A stretch of 44,720 nt of DNA from Alphaproteobacteria bacterium (GCA_027292975.1 JAPUGG010000077.1:1-44720); one strand, 5' to 3'. Positions 7,524 through 17,099 are shown, counted from the stretch's first letter. Notes: a model not told the origin generated them from the letters alone. Made by a program: numbers and translations.

Positions 7524-8675
7524 ATGAACTGTATGTTCCGCTATATGTTGCGCCAGCTCCTGTGGCCGCTTTTTTTCGCGGTGTTGGTCGTGTCGGGGAT
7601 TATCTGGATGTCCCAGTCGCTCCGGTTCGTCGATTTGGTCCTCAACCGGGGCCTGCCGGCCTACAACATGTTCTACCTCGCCTTCCTGGTCCTCCCCATG
7701 TTCACCTCGGTGTTCCTACCGATCATCCTTTTCGGCGTCGTGGTGTTCGCCTACACCAAGATGCACCAGGACAGCGAGCTTGTGGTCTGGCGGGGCTGCG
7801 GCAAGGGCCCCATGTCCTTGGCGGCCCCCGCGCTGGCGGCGGCCACCCTGGTAATGGCGCTGTGTTATGCGGTGAACCTCTATTACATGCCCGCCGCCTA
7901 TCGTGAGTTCAAAGACCTGCAGGCGTCGATCCGCGAAAACTATTCGGACATTTTTCTCCGGGAAGGCACCTTCAACGAAGTCGGCTCAACCCTGACCATC
8001 TACGTGCGCGAAAGGGCCCCCAATGGCGAGCTCCTGGGCCTTCTGGTCCACGACCGCCGCAAGGGCGGCAACCCGGTGACGATGATGGCCGAACGCGGCG
8101 CCTTGGTCCGCACGGAATTCGGACCAAGGGTGGTCATGGTCAAGGGGAACAGGCAAACCATCAAGAAAAACGAGGACAAGCTTTCGATCCTATTTTTCGA
8201 TCGCTATACGCTGGATCTGGGCACCTTCAGCGCGCGTTCCGGGGAACGTTGGCGCCAGCCCCGGGAACGCTATCTTCACCAATTGTTTTCGATTAAGACA
8301 ACAGGCCGTTATGGGGCTTCTGACTGGCAAAAGCGGCGCCAATTCTACGCCGAAGGTCACCAACGGATTGCCACCCCCCTGCTGGCCATGGCGTTTGCCC
8401 TGATGGCGCTGGCGGCGTTGCTCACAGGCGACTTTAACCGCCGCGGGCTAGCATTGCGCATCACCGTGGTCACCGGCGCCATGTTGATCGTGCAATCCCT
8501 CAGCATCATGCTATATCACTTGGCGGGGAATACCATGGTCGCGGTGCCATTCATGTACCTGTTGCCGGTGGCGGGCATCGGCGTCAGCCTGTGGCTGTTG
8601 ACCAGGCGCAGGCGTCGCCACGGATCGTCGTCACTGGATCGCGGCGGAGCCGATCCGACGAGGGCCAATCCATGA
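7524..8675 (+). CDS. lptF: LPS export ABC transporter permease LptF
   Basis: LptF/LptG (YjgP/YjgQ) family. The N-terminus MFRYMLRQLLWPLFF matches the usual M..RYxxR..xxPF start. The ORF-track TTG 7488 start lies inside repeat copy c and is probably false. ATG 7524 or 7533 is the real start. The stop overlaps the lptG ATG as ATGA. Confidence 0.9.
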   Translation: MNCMFRYMLRQLLWPLFFAVLVVSGIIWMSQSLRFVDLVLNRGLPAYNMFYLAFLVLPMFTSVFLPIILFGVVVFAYTKMHQDSELVVWRGCGKGPMSLAAPALAAATLVMALCYAVNLYYMPAAYREFKDLQASIRENYSDIFLREGTFNEVGSTLTIYVRERAPNGELLGLLVHDRRKGGNPVTMMAERGALVRTEFGPRVVMVKGNRQTIKKNEDKLSILFFDRYTLDLGTFSARSGERWRQPRERYLHQLFSIKTTGRYGASDWQKRRQFYAEGHQRIATPLLAMAFALMALAALLTGDFNRRGLALRITVVTGAMLIVQSLSIMLYHLAGNTMVAVPFMYLLPVAGIGVSLWLLTRRRRRHGSSSLDRGGADPTRANP

Positions 8676-9778
8676 CCTCCGAAGCGCGTCTCTCCCTCAC
8701 CCTTTCGCGCTATATCGCCAAACGGTATTTCGGCGGTTTCCTGCTGGTCCTGGCCTCACTGGGGGGCATTGTCTTTCTCGTGGAAGTCCTGGAACTCATG
8801 CGCAAGGCCAGTTCCCGACCCGATGTCACCTTCCAATTGGTCATGCAAATGGCCGTCCTCAAGTTTCCCCACACTGTGCAAAAGCTGATCCCCTTCGCCG
8901 CTCTACTCGGGGGGATGTTCACATTTTGGCGTCTCAGCCGCAGCAGCGAACTGGTCGTGGCGCGGGCATCTGGGGTCTCCGTGTGGCAATTTCTGGCCCC
9001 CGCGGTGGTGGTCGCGGTCTCGATCGGCGTGTTTTTCGTCGCCGCCGTCAACCCCCTGGGGTCGACCATGCTGCTTCGCTTCGAACTGATGGCGGGCGAT
9101 TACTTCGAGGGACGATCGTCGCAATTGGCGATTTCCCACTCGGGCATGTGGCTGCGCCAAGCCGACGAGCGAACCCAATCGGTCATCCATGCCGTGCGGA
9201 TGACCTCCGAAGACATGACCCTTAGGGAAGTGACCGTTTACCTGTTCGACGACAAAAACCGGTTCTCCCGTCGCCTCGATGCCAGGGACGCCCATCTCGG
9301 CGACGGCACGTGGGAATTAAACAACGTGCTGGTGACGATGCCGGGAAAACCTTCGAGGCGGCAGGCCACCTATAGCCTTCCCACCAATTGGACCGCGGCC
9401 AAAATAATGAACAGCTTTTCCCCACCGGAAACGCTGTCGTTTTGGCACCTGCCTGGGTTCATCGACCTTCTCGACAAGGCCGGGTTCACCGCCACGCGCC
9501 ATCGGGTCTATTGGTATTCCTTGTTGGCAATACCGATTATGCTCGGGGCCATGGTGCTTATTGCGGCGAGTTTTTCCTTGCGCCTGGCACGGCGCGGCGG
9601 CGTCGCCATCCTGATCGGGAGCGGCGTTTTCTTCAGCTTCTTTATTCTGTTCCTGTCCAATGTGGTGCAGGCACTGGGCCTTGCGGACAACATTCCGGCC
9701 CTGCTTGCGGCTTGGACCCCGGCGGCGGTGACCTTGTTGATCGGATTGTCCATACTCCTCTATATAGAGGAAGGGTAA
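8672..9778 (+). CDS. lptG: LPS export ABC transporter permease LptG
   Basis: LptF/LptG family. The start MTSEARLSLTLSRYIAKRYFGGFLLVL at ATG 8672 overlaps the lptF stop. The ORF-track start at 8591 is an upstream extension. Confidence 0.9.
   Translation: MTSEARLSLTLSRYIAKRYFGGFLLVLASLGGIVFLVEVLELMRKASSRPDVTFQLVMQMAVLKFPHTVQKLIPFAALLGGMFTFWRLSRSSELVVARASGVSVWQFLAPAVVVAVSIGVFFVAAVNPLGSTMLLRFELMAGDYFEGRSSQLAISHSGMWLRQADERTQSVIHAVRMTSEDMTLREVTVYLFDDKNRFSRRLDARDAHLGDGTWELNNVLVTMPGKPSRRQATYSLPTNWTAAKIMNSFSPPETLSFWHLPGFIDLLDKAGFTATRHRVYWYSLLAIPIMLGAMVLIAASFSLRLARRGGVAILIGSGVFFSFFILFLSNVVQALGLADNIPALLAAWTPAAVTLLIGLSILLYIEEG
9757..9770. promoter_or_regulatory. Perfect 14-bp palindrome CCTCTATATAGAGG at the lptG/lptD junction
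   Basis: It is self-complementary. The right arm (GAGG) is part of the GAGGAAGGG Shine-Dalgarno region, which ends 6 nt before the lptD ATG at 9782. Confidence 0.6.
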
Positions 9779-9781
9779 GCG

Positions 9782-12025
9782 ATGGAGCCGCCGCGGTTAA
9801 CGGTGAGGGTCCCCGTTTTCATGGGCCGGCTGACGCTGGCGGCGATCGCCGCCGTCGGTATCGCCTCGGCGTCACCGGTGGCGGCCCAAGGCACGAAGGC
9901 CGACGGAGTGAAGCCGGGCGCGGCGACGGGCAAGATCCTTCCCTACGTCATCCTGCGCGCCGATGAGGTGACCTTCGACGAAAACACCGGCGTCGCGACC
10001 GCAACAGGCAACGTCGAAATCGCGCAAGGATCACGCTTGCTGCGCGCCGACAAGGTCACCTATTGGAAGAAAACCGACACCTTCACCGCGACCGGAAATA
10101 TCGCCATCGTGGAGCCCAATGGCGACGTCATATTCGGCGACCAAGGGGAGTTTACGAATCAGTTCAAAGACGGCTTCATCAAGGGTTTCCGGATGCTGTT
10201 CAAGGACAACTCGCGCCTTGTGGCTACCGGCGGACGGCGGGTGGGCGGCGTCGTCACCACCCTTGCCAATGGGGTTTTTTCGCCCTGCGATCTCTGCAAC
10301 CACGACCCCAACCACGCGCCTTTATGGCGGATCAAGGCGGTCCGGGTCATCCATGACAACGTCCGCAAGGAAATCGAATACAAGGATGCGGTTCTTGAGA
10401 TGTTCGGAGTTCCCGTTGCGTATCTTCCCTACATGTCTCATGCGGGGCCGTCGGTCAAACGCCGCTCGGGGCTGCTGATTCCGTCTTATGGTTCCGACAG
10501 CGACTTGGGATTTACGGTGGAAATACCCTATTTCTGGGCCATCGACCCGTCTGAAGACCTCACCCTCACCCCCGTCGTCTACAGCGATGAAGCGCCGATG
10601 CTGGAGGCTATCTACCGCCGGCGATTGGCGCACGGAGAAGTCGAGGCCGAAGGCAGCATCACCCGGCCCGACCGCGCCGACGGCGGCAGCGGCACGGAGA
10701 ACCGCGGTCACCTCTTGGTCAAGGGGAAACACGATATCGATCCCGTCTGGCGCGCAAAGTACCAGTTGCAGTATTCCAGCGACGATACCTACCTCCGCCG
10801 CTACGGCTTCGACGAGCCGGATAACCAGACCCTGACCACCAGCCTCAATCTGGAGGGATTTAAGGGGCACAACTATGCCCAGCTGTCGGGTTACCATTTT
10901 CAGGGTCTTCGCGTGGACGATGACCCCGGCGAAATCCCCCTTGTCGTTCCCTTCGCGGAAGTTCACTACGTCTCGAAACCGGGTCCCGGGGGCTCCTACT
11001 TGACGGCCGATAGCAGCCTTTTGGCCCTGCACCGGAACGAAGGGACCGATAGCCGCCGTATTTCTTTGAAGGGCGGCTGGCATCTACCCTATACGGCGCG
11101 AAACGGCGAGGTTTACGAGCTTTCCGCCAGTCTGCAAGGCGACCTTTATTCGGTCAGCGACGTCATCACAGGGAGCAAAAGCGAGAGTGGATTGACCGGG
11201 CGGCTCTTCCCCCAGCTTGTCGCCAAGTGGCGCTACCCCTTCGTCCGCAGGGAGAAAAAAGGCAGCCAGTTGATCGAGCCCATAGCCGCCCTGGTTCTTG
11301 CACCCAATGGCGGCAATCCATCGAAAATTCCCAACGAAGACAGTCAAGACGTGGAATTCGACGATACCAACCTGTTTTCTCCCAGCCGCTTTACGGGCGT
11401 GGACAGGGTCGACGGTGGGCAGAGGTTCATCTATGGGGTTAATTGGGGGTTATACGGCGACCAGGGCGGCGCCATCGAGGCCTTCCTCGGTCAGAGCTAT
11501 CGCCTTCGATCCAAATCCGAGTTTCCCAAGGGATCCGGCCTGCAGGACCAGGCATCGGACTTGGTTGGCCGGATCAGGGTTTCGCCCGGCAAGTACCTGG
11601 ACCTGCTCTACAGGTTCAGGTTCGACCACAAGGACCTCAAGGCCAAGCGCAGTGAAGTCAGGGTGTCCGCGGGGCCGAGCTGGTTGCGCGGCGACGTCAA
11701 TTACTTTTTCGTCGCTGATACAACGGTCAGCGGCGAATTCGGAGACCGTGAAGAAATCACGTTTGGCCTCACCGCCAGGCTCAGCAGGTACTGGTCGATG
11801 ACCGCCAACATCCGGGAAGACCTGACCGATGGCGACGACACCAATCCCGACGATGACGGCGGCACCATTTCCCAAAATATCGGCTTCAAATACCAGGACG
11901 AATGTCTCATATTCAATATCAAATTCGAACGCTCTTTCACGGAAGATCGTGACTTAAAACCGAAAGACACATTGTTTTTCCAATTGATTTTCAAGCATCT
12001 TGGCGGGTTCAAGGGCACCGGTTGA
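9782..12025 (+). CDS. lptD: LPS-assembly outer-membrane protein LptD
   Basis: 747 aa with a signal peptide (AAIAAVGIASASPVAAQG), an OstA-like N-terminal domain and a large beta-barrel region. It has the conserved lptD-surA-pdxA-rsmA neighbourhood. Confidence 0.92.
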   Translation: MEPPRLTVRVPVFMGRLTLAAIAAVGIASASPVAAQGTKADGVKPGAATGKILPYVILRADEVTFDENTGVATATGNVEIAQGSRLLRADKVTYWKKTDTFTATGNIAIVEPNGDVIFGDQGEFTNQFKDGFIKGFRMLFKDNSRLVATGGRRVGGVVTTLANGVFSPCDLCNHDPNHAPLWRIKAVRVIHDNVRKEIEYKDAVLEMFGVPVAYLPYMSHAGPSVKRRSGLLIPSYGSDSDLGFTVEIPYFWAIDPSEDLTLTPVVYSDEAPMLEAIYRRRLAHGEVEAEGSITRPDRADGGSGTENRGHLLVKGKHDIDPVWRAKYQLQYSSDDTYLRRYGFDEPDNQTLTTSLNLEGFKGHNYAQLSGYHFQGLRVDDDPGEIPLVVPFAEVHYVSKPGPGGSYLTADSSLLALHRNEGTDSRRISLKGGWHLPYTARNGEVYELSASLQGDLYSVSDVITGSKSESGLTGRLFPQLVAKWRYPFVRREKKGSQLIEPIAALVLAPNGGNPSKIPNEDSQDVEFDDTNLFSPSRFTGVDRVDGGQRFIYGVNWGLYGDQGGAIEAFLGQSYRLRSKSEFPKGSGLQDQASDLVGRIRVSPGKYLDLLYRFRFDHKDLKAKRSEVRVSAGPSWLRGDVNYFFVADTTVSGEFGDREEITFGLTARLSRYWSMTANIREDLTDGDDTNPDDDGGTISQNIGFKYQDECLIFNIKFERSFTEDRDLKPKDTLFFQLIFKHLGGFKGTG

Positions 12026-12094
12026 ATCACCGGCCGGGACACTTGTATCTTGGCCCGGCGGGCGCTTCGGCCCACCCGCCATCGGGGAATTTGG

Positions 12095-13435
12095 ATGACT
12101 GTCATGGTGTATGGATCAAAGGGTTCACTCAGAAAACAGAACCCGCCGCGCCTGGCAAATGCTCTAGCCCTGGCGCTAGCCATATCGCTTTCGGCCGGTT
12201 TCGCCGGCACCGTCCCGGCGCAAAACAAGCCGCCGACGCAGATGCTCGGTATTCTTGCCGTCGTCAACGACGAACCCATTTCCGACTTCGACCTCGATCA
12301 ACGGCTTAACTTCATCATTCGACTATCGAGCCTTAAGGACAATGAAAAGACCCGGCGCACACTGGCACCCCGTGTCCTGCGGACCCTGGTGAACGAGACC
12401 CTCAGACTGCAGGAAGCAAAAAACCAAAACGTAACGGTGACGCAAAAGGAAATTCGGCGCGCCCTCGCCCAGGAGACGACGCGGTACCGCTTGCCGCCGG
12501 GACAGATTGAGCCGTTCCTCAAGTCCCGCGGCGTTTCAATGTCGACGCTTATTCGTCAGATCAAGGCGGCAATCGGCTGGTCTAAGTTGATCCGTCGTAA
12601 ATTCCTGAGAACTGTCGTCGTCAGCGAAGAGGAGATCGACAAGGCGCTTGCGCGGTTCAAGGAATCACTGAACAAACCTCGTCACCTGGCGGCGGAAATT
12701 TTTCTCCCCGTGGAAAGCTCCAATGACGAGGCCAAAATCCGCCAGGATGCCGATAAAATTATCGGAGAATTGAACCGCGGCGCCAGCTTTCGGCTCCTGG
12801 CCCGTCAATTTTCTCAAAGCACGTCGGCACGACACGGCGGGGACATTGGCTGGGTTCAGCCGGGCCAGCTCACTCCGGAAGTGGAAGCCGTGCTGTCCAG
12901 GCTCCCACCGGGAACGGTCTCAAAACCGATCCGCACGGCCACCGGCTACCATATCGTTTTCCTACGCGAACGCCGGGCGGCAGTGGCAATGGTATCGCAG
13001 GACGCCACCGTCGTCATACGCCAGATCATCCTGCCGGTTGCCGCCGGTGCCGCGCGAGCGGAATGGGAAAGCCAAAGCAGCCTCGCCAAGACGATCAAGG
13101 ACACGGCGAACGGGTGTGCCGATTTCGGCACTATATCCAGGGAATTGGGTTCGCAACTATCGGGCAATATCGGTCGGGTGAAGGTGAAGGAGCTGCCGGC
13201 GCAGATTCGCAACCTTGTTTCCACGATTCCCGTGGGAGTCGCATCGAATCCCGAACGCGTCGCCCAAGGGCTCAGGATAATCATGGTGTGCGACCGAACC
13301 GCGAAGGCAAGCAAGTTACCCGACCGCAACCGCATCCGCCGAACGCTGCAGGCCCGGCACCTTGATACGCGCGCAAGGCGGCACCTCCGCGCCCTGCGGC
13401 AATCGGCCTTCATCGAATACCGAGCGCTGCGGTGA
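12095..13435 (+). CDS. surA: Periplasmic chaperone / peptidyl-prolyl isomerase SurA
   Basis: It has a signal peptide (RLANALALALAISLSAGFAGTVPAQ), a SurA N-terminal domain and a parvulin domain (ARHGGDIGW...TATGYHIV). The start is probably ATG 12095; the ORF-track start 12050 is less likely. Confidence 0.88.
   Translation: MTVMVYGSKGSLRKQNPPRLANALALALAISLSAGFAGTVPAQNKPPTQMLGILAVVNDEPISDFDLDQRLNFIIRLSSLKDNEKTRRTLAPRVLRTLVNETLRLQEAKNQNVTVTQKEIRRALAQETTRYRLPPGQIEPFLKSRGVSMSTLIRQIKAAIGWSKLIRRKFLRTVVVSEEEIDKALARFKESLNKPRHLAAEIFLPVESSNDEAKIRQDADKIIGELNRGASFRLLARQFSQSTSARHGGDIGWVQPGQLTPEVEAVLSRLPPGTVSKPIRTATGYHIVFLRERRAAVAMVSQDATVVIRQIILPVAAGAARAEWESQSSLAKTIKDTANGCADFGTISRELGSQLSGNIGRVKVKELPAQIRNLVSTIPVGVASNPERVAQGLRIIMVCDRTAKASKLPDRNRIRRTLQARHLDTRARRHLRALRQSAFIEYRALR
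12153..12169 (+). repeat. Partial repeat core copy e (TGGCAAATGCTCTAGCC) inside the surA signal-peptide region
   Basis: It shares the 11-mer AATGCTCTAGC with copies a and c. A second GCGCTAGCC follows at 12172-12180. Confidence 0.4.
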
Positions 13436-14475
13436 ATCCTGGCCCCCCGCCCCTTGCCCTCACCATGGGTGAACCTGCCGGCGTCGGCGGCGAAATCACC
13501 CTGAAGGCGTGGCGCGCGGAGAAAGCCTCCGGAAACGCTTTTTACGTCATCGACGATCCCGAGCGCCTGTCGGCGGTGGCCGAGGCCCTTGGGCTGGACA
13601 TACCCGTTTCGCCCATAACCGAGGCGGAAGAGGCCCCGGCCTTGTTCCCCCGGGCCCTTCCGGTTCTTCCCCAACCGTTGACCCGGCCGGTCCAACCCGG
13701 CCGGCCCGATGCCGCCAATGCCGGGGCCGTCTTGGATTCTATCCGCCTGGCTGTCGCCGCGGCGATGGCGGGCGAAGCGGCGGCGGTGGTGACCAACCCC
13801 ATTCATAAGAAAGTCCTCGCCGATGCCGGGTTTCGCCATCCCGGCCACACCGAGTTTCTGGGCGAGCTTACCGGTGCAGAAAATCCCGTCATGATGCTAG
13901 CCTGTCCCGACCTGCGGGTGGTGCCGGTCACGGTCCACGCCCCACTGGCGACGGCGATCGGCCGGCTCACGACCGGAACCATCGTCACCGCAGCCCGGAT
14001 CACCGCCGAGGCTTTGCACAGGGATTTCGGCATCGCGTCGCCGCGGCTGGCCGTCGCCGGCCTGAACCCCCACGCCGGCGAGCAAGGCATGCTGGGCAGC
14101 GAGGAGCGGGAGATCATCGTGCCGGCGGTCGAACGGCTGCGCCGGGACGGGCTCGCGGTCACCGGTCCGGCGCCCGCCGACAGCTTGTTTCACGCCCGCG
14201 CGCGGTTGGAATATGACGCGGTGATCTGCATGTATCACGACCAGGCGCTGATCCCGCTCAAGACGTTGGATTTGGATAACGGCGTCGATATCACACTCGG
14301 CCTACCCGTGGTCCGCACCTCTCCCGATCACGGCACGGCATTGGGAATCGCGGGCCGGGGCGTCGCCCGCGAATCGAGTCTGCTGGCCGCCCTCCATCTC
14401 GCCCGCTCCATGGCCGAGCACCGCACCAAGGCAGGTGGCGGGGCACCGGAAAGGCCGGCCTTTGCCCGCAACTGA
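13432..14475 (+). CDS. pdxA: 4-hydroxythreonine-4-phosphate dehydrogenase
   Basis: 347 aa with LALTMGEPAGVG, GHTEFL and SPDHGTA motifs. The GTG start overlaps the surA stop (GTGA). Confidence 0.93.
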   Translation: MNPGPPPLALTMGEPAGVGGEITLKAWRAEKASGNAFYVIDDPERLSAVAEALGLDIPVSPITEAEEAPALFPRALPVLPQPLTRPVQPGRPDAANAGAVLDSIRLAVAAAMAGEAAAVVTNPIHKKVLADAGFRHPGHTEFLGELTGAENPVMMLACPDLRVVPVTVHAPLATAIGRLTTGTIVTAARITAEALHRDFGIASPRLAVAGLNPHAGEQGMLGSEEREIIVPAVERLRRDGLAVTGPAPADSLFHARARLEYDAVICMYHDQALIPLKTLDLDNGVDITLGLPVVRTSPDHGTALGIAGRGVARESSLLAALHLARSMAEHRTKAGGGAPERPAFARN

Positions 14476-15358
14476 CGCCGCCATATCGGACCTGCCACCG
14501 TTGCGGGAAGTGATCGCGGCCCATGGGCTGGGCGCGCGAAAGTCCCTCGGCCAGCATTTTCTGCTCGACCTCAACCTGACAGGACGGATCGCCAAGGCCG
14601 CAGGCGCGGTCAAAGGCGCGACGGTCATCGAGATAGGCCCGGGGCCGGGCGGCCTAACCCGCGCAATCCTGAGCGCCGGCGCGCGATGCGTTATTGCCGT
14701 AGAAAAGGATACCCGCTGCCGGGACGCCTTGGCGTCACTGGTCGATGCGGCCGCAGGCCGGCTCAGCTTGATCGACGCCGACGCCATGGAGGTGAACGAG
14801 GCCGAACTGGTGCGCTCCCTGGGCGAGGCACCGCGGAACCTCCGAATCATCAGCAATCTCCCCTACAATATCTCGACGGCACTGATCATCAAATGGCTGC
14901 GCCAGATCGCCGGCCGCCCCGACCTCTATCACAGCCTCGTCCTGACCGTTCAGAAGGAAGTGGGCGACCGCCTCTCAGCCTCACCCCGCACCAAGGCTTA
15001 CGGCCGCATCTCCGTCATGTGCCAATGGCTGACCGAGACCGCCTCGTGCTTCGATATCGCCGCGCGCGCCTTCACACCGCCCCCCAAGGTTACCTCCTCG
15101 GTGGTGCGCCTGGTCCCGCGGCCGATGCCGCTGGCCCCCGCTGACTGGGAAGCCATGGAGACCACCGCCCGCGCCGCCTTCGGTCAGCGCCGCAAGATGC
15201 TGCGGTCCAGCCTGCGGGGCATTGCCGGCCCGGGCGGCGTCTCAACCCTGCTGGCGGCATCGGGAATCGCCCCCGACATGCGCGCCGAAGAGGTCGATGT
15301 GACGGGATTTTGCACCCTAGCCCGGGCCTATGCGGAGATTTCAGACGCCGACCGGTAG
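14435..15358 (+). CDS. rsmA: 16S rRNA (adenine1518/1519-N6)-dimethyltransferase
   Basis: It has KSLGQHFLLD and the SAM motif VIEIGPGPGGLT. The start is uncertain: GTG 14435 overlaps pdxA by 41 nt, and TTG 14462 is an alternative. Confidence 0.9.
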   Translation: MAGHRKGRPLPATDAAISDLPPLREVIAAHGLGARKSLGQHFLLDLNLTGRIAKAAGAVKGATVIEIGPGPGGLTRAILSAGARCVIAVEKDTRCRDALASLVDAAAGRLSLIDADAMEVNEAELVRSLGEAPRNLRIISNLPYNISTALIIKWLRQIAGRPDLYHSLVLTVQKEVGDRLSASPRTKAYGRISVMCQWLTETASCFDIAARAFTPPPKVTSSVVRLVPRPMPLAPADWEAMETTARAAFGQRRKMLRSSLRGIAGPGGVSTLLAASGIAPDMRAEEVDVTGFCTLARAYAEISDADR

Positions 15359-15372
15359 CGAGGCCCGCAGGT

Positions 15373-16011
15373 CTATTGGCCTTCGCGCAACGCTTTCACG
15401 ATTTCGCCCAGTCCCGTCAAACGGTCCCGCTTGAGGCGTTCCGCCGCCAAAATCGACGTGACCTGGGCGATGGAATCCTCGAGTTCGGAATTGACGATGA
15501 TGTAGGTGTATTCGGGATAATGGCTGATTTCGTCGGCCGCTTTGGACATGCGCGCGGCCACCACCTCGGGCGGGTCCTGGGCGCGGGTATTGAGCCGGCG
15601 CTCCAGTTCCGCCGTCGAGGGCGGCAGGATGAACACCGTCGCCACGTCACGGGCGGCATTTTCGACGAGTTGCTGGGTGCCCTGCCAATCGATATCGAAA
15701 AGAACGTCGCGGCCCGCCGCCAGCGATCGTTCGACGGGTTCGCGGGGGGTCCCGTAGTAATGTTCGAAGACCTTGGCGTATTCGAAGAATTCCTGGCGAT
15801 TGACCATGAGATTGAAGGCGGTGGGGTCCACGAAGTGATAGTCGATTCCTTCCACTTCGCCGGGGCGCTTGGGCCGCGTCGTCACCGAGACCGACATGGT
15901 GAGGTTGTCATCCCGTTCGAGCAGGAGCCGGGAGATCGTCGTCTTTCCCGCGCCCGAGGGCGAGGAGAGGACCAACATCACCCCGCGCCGCCCTATTCCG
16001 CCGTTACTCAT
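15373..16011 (-). CDS. gmk: Guanylate kinase
   Basis: 212 aa with the P-loop SSPSGAGKTT and TTRPKRPGEVEGIDYHFV. Confidence 0.96.
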   Translation of the reverse strand: MSNGGIGRRGVMLVLSSPSGAGKTTISRLLLERDDNLTMSVSVTTRPKRPGEVEGIDYHFVDPTAFNLMVNRQEFFEYAKVFEHYYGTPREPVERSLAAGRDVLFDIDWQGTQQLVENAARDVATVFILPPSTAELERRLNTRAQDPPEVVAARMSKAADEISHYPEYTYIIVNSELEDSIAQVTSILAAERLKRDRLTGLGEIVKALREGQ

Positions 16012-16048
16012 AAACCAACCTGCCTTCGCTTCAACGTCGCCGGGTGCG

Positions 16049-16936
16049 CTATTCTATGTTCTGAACCTGTTCGCGAAATTGTTCAATGACTGCTTTGAGA
16101 TCAAGCCCGGTACGTGTCAGGTCAAGGTCCTGGGCCTTGGAGCACAGCGTGTTGGCCTCGCGATTGAGCTCCTGGGAGAGAAAATCGAGACGCCGTCCAA
16201 CGACCCCGCCACCGGCAATCAATTCCCGCGCCTGGGCCGCATGGGCGTCGAGACGGTCGATCTCTTCCCGGACGTCGGCCTTGGCGACCATGACGGCTAT
16301 TTCCTGTGCAAGACGATCTTCGGGCAATGCATGGTCGGGGGGCAGAAGTTCCTCCAACTGGCCCTTGATGCGGGCGCGGATGGCATCGGGCTGGGCCGCG
16401 GCAAGCTCACGGGCGCGGCTGGCCAGGCCTTCGATTTCTTCGAGAAATCCGATCAGGACCTTGATCAGGCGCTTGCCTTCGTCGCGCCGGGCCCCGGCGA
16501 CCTTTTCAAGGGCCGCGCCGAGGCTGGCGGCCATGGCATCCTCCCGGGCGCTGCGGAAATCATCGTCGGCCCCGGGCTCCTCGGGTTCCAGCACCCCGCG
16601 CAGGCGTAACAATCCGTCGGCCCGGGGCGGGGCGCCGCCGGTCCGCGCGCGCACCTCCTCGGCTATCTCTATCACCCGGTCGAGCAAGGCTTGGTTGAGC
16701 CGGTATCCCGCGAGACCCGGCGTCTCGGTCAGGTTGAGACTGATATTGAAGCTGCCGCGCTTGAAGCGCTTGCCGACGCTGTCGCGCACCGCGATCTCGA
16801 AGCTTTCCATCCCCGAGGGCAACCGCACCCGGACATCGAGGCCGCGGTTGTTGACGCTGCGCAACTCCCAGCGCCAAGAGAAAGCTTCGAATTCACCCTC
16901 TTCGCGGGCAAAGCCGGTCATGCTTTCAATCGACAT
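16049..16936 (-). CDS. yicC: YicC family stress-induced protein
   Basis: The conserved start is MSIESMTGFAREEG at ATG 16936; the ORF-track start 17011 is an extension. The C-terminus EQFREQVQNIE is typical of YicC. It sits next to gmk, as in many bacteria. Confidence 0.9.
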   Translation of the reverse strand: MSIESMTGFAREEGEFEAFSWRWELRSVNNRGLDVRVRLPSGMESFEIAVRDSVGKRFKRGSFNISLNLTETPGLAGYRLNQALLDRVIEIAEEVRARTGGAPPRADGLLRLRGVLEPEEPGADDDFRSAREDAMAASLGAALEKVAGARRDEGKRLIKVLIGFLEEIEGLASRARELAAAQPDAIRARIKGQLEELLPPDHALPEDRLAQEIAVMVAKADVREEIDRLDAHAAQARELIAGGGVVGRRLDFLSQELNREANTLCSKAQDLDLTRTGLDLKAVIEQFREQVQNIE

Positions 16937-17099
16937 GGTCCCGCGATTCTTACCCATATTGTGGCGGAGAAAACTTGCAACCACTATATCCTGTGGGGAT
17001 AGGCGCAACAAGAAAGGAAATACGCGGGGTGTGTCGCCCGCCCATGGGAAATGTCGCGCCGATTCCCCCGGGGACGCTGCGGGAAGGTGATCGGATCGG

